Source of the DNA: Mobula hypostoma
Taxonomy: Eukaryota
Assembly (NCBI RefSeq): GCF_963921235.1
Contig: NC_086109.1
Span: 14,200,001-14,264,000, forward strand
Direction: 5' to 3'
Length of the DNA: 64,000 bases
Below, one piece after another: positions 63,946 to 64,000 of the stretch (the stretch's first letter is position 1; every line of letters begins with the position of its first letter). A program made the position numbers and the translations under genes. The notes under the pieces were generated by a model. That model did no database searches and was not told where the DNA came from. It saw only the letters and a program-made list of their open reading frames with translations.

Positions 63946-64000
63946 AATATGCAGCAACACACACAAAACGCTGGAGGAACTCAGCAGGTCAGGCAGCATC

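Noticed and set aside
63500..63964. Hydrophobic ORFs as membrane proteins
   Set aside because: These are translations of a CT-rich low-complexity strand.
2641..64000. Recurring gaactcagcaggtcaggcagcatc motif as a CRISPR-like repeat
   Set aside because: Copies are dispersed, on both strands, without regular spacers, and belong to Penelope pseudo-LTRs in a vertebrate genome.

Overview
Eukaryotic vertebrate genomic DNA, most likely from a cartilaginous fish (ray or shark). That assignment is inferred from the V-SINE, CR1, Rex1 and Penelope repeat landscape and is not proven. The only host gene is an ethanolamine kinase (best match ETNK2) on the minus strand. It has a CpG-island promoter with coding exon 1 at about 49.7-50.2 kb, then exons 2, 3 and 4 at about 26.1, 13.6 and 12.6 kb. 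All junctions are GT-AG with consistent phases. Exon 5 onward was not found and presumably lies left of the window. The rest is intron and upstream DNA full of decayed transposons: CR1 and Rex1/Babar LINEs (several nested), Penelope-like elements with GIY-YIG remnants and hammerhead-ribozyme motifs, Tc1 and Tigger DNA transposons, a solo LTR, V-SINEs and non-autonomous retroelements. I cannot support a wholly new protein system. The best leads are TSD-flanked Penelope mini-elements carrying hammerhead motifs, a pre-miRNA-sized intronic hairpin that folds better on the transcribed strand, a 138-bp local inverted templated insertion, two CR1 insertions about 40 nt apart on the Rex1 RT map, a segment resembling human MER2, and an in-frame upstream ATG in ETNK2. 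Repeat boundaries were read by eye and are approximate unless a junction is quoted.
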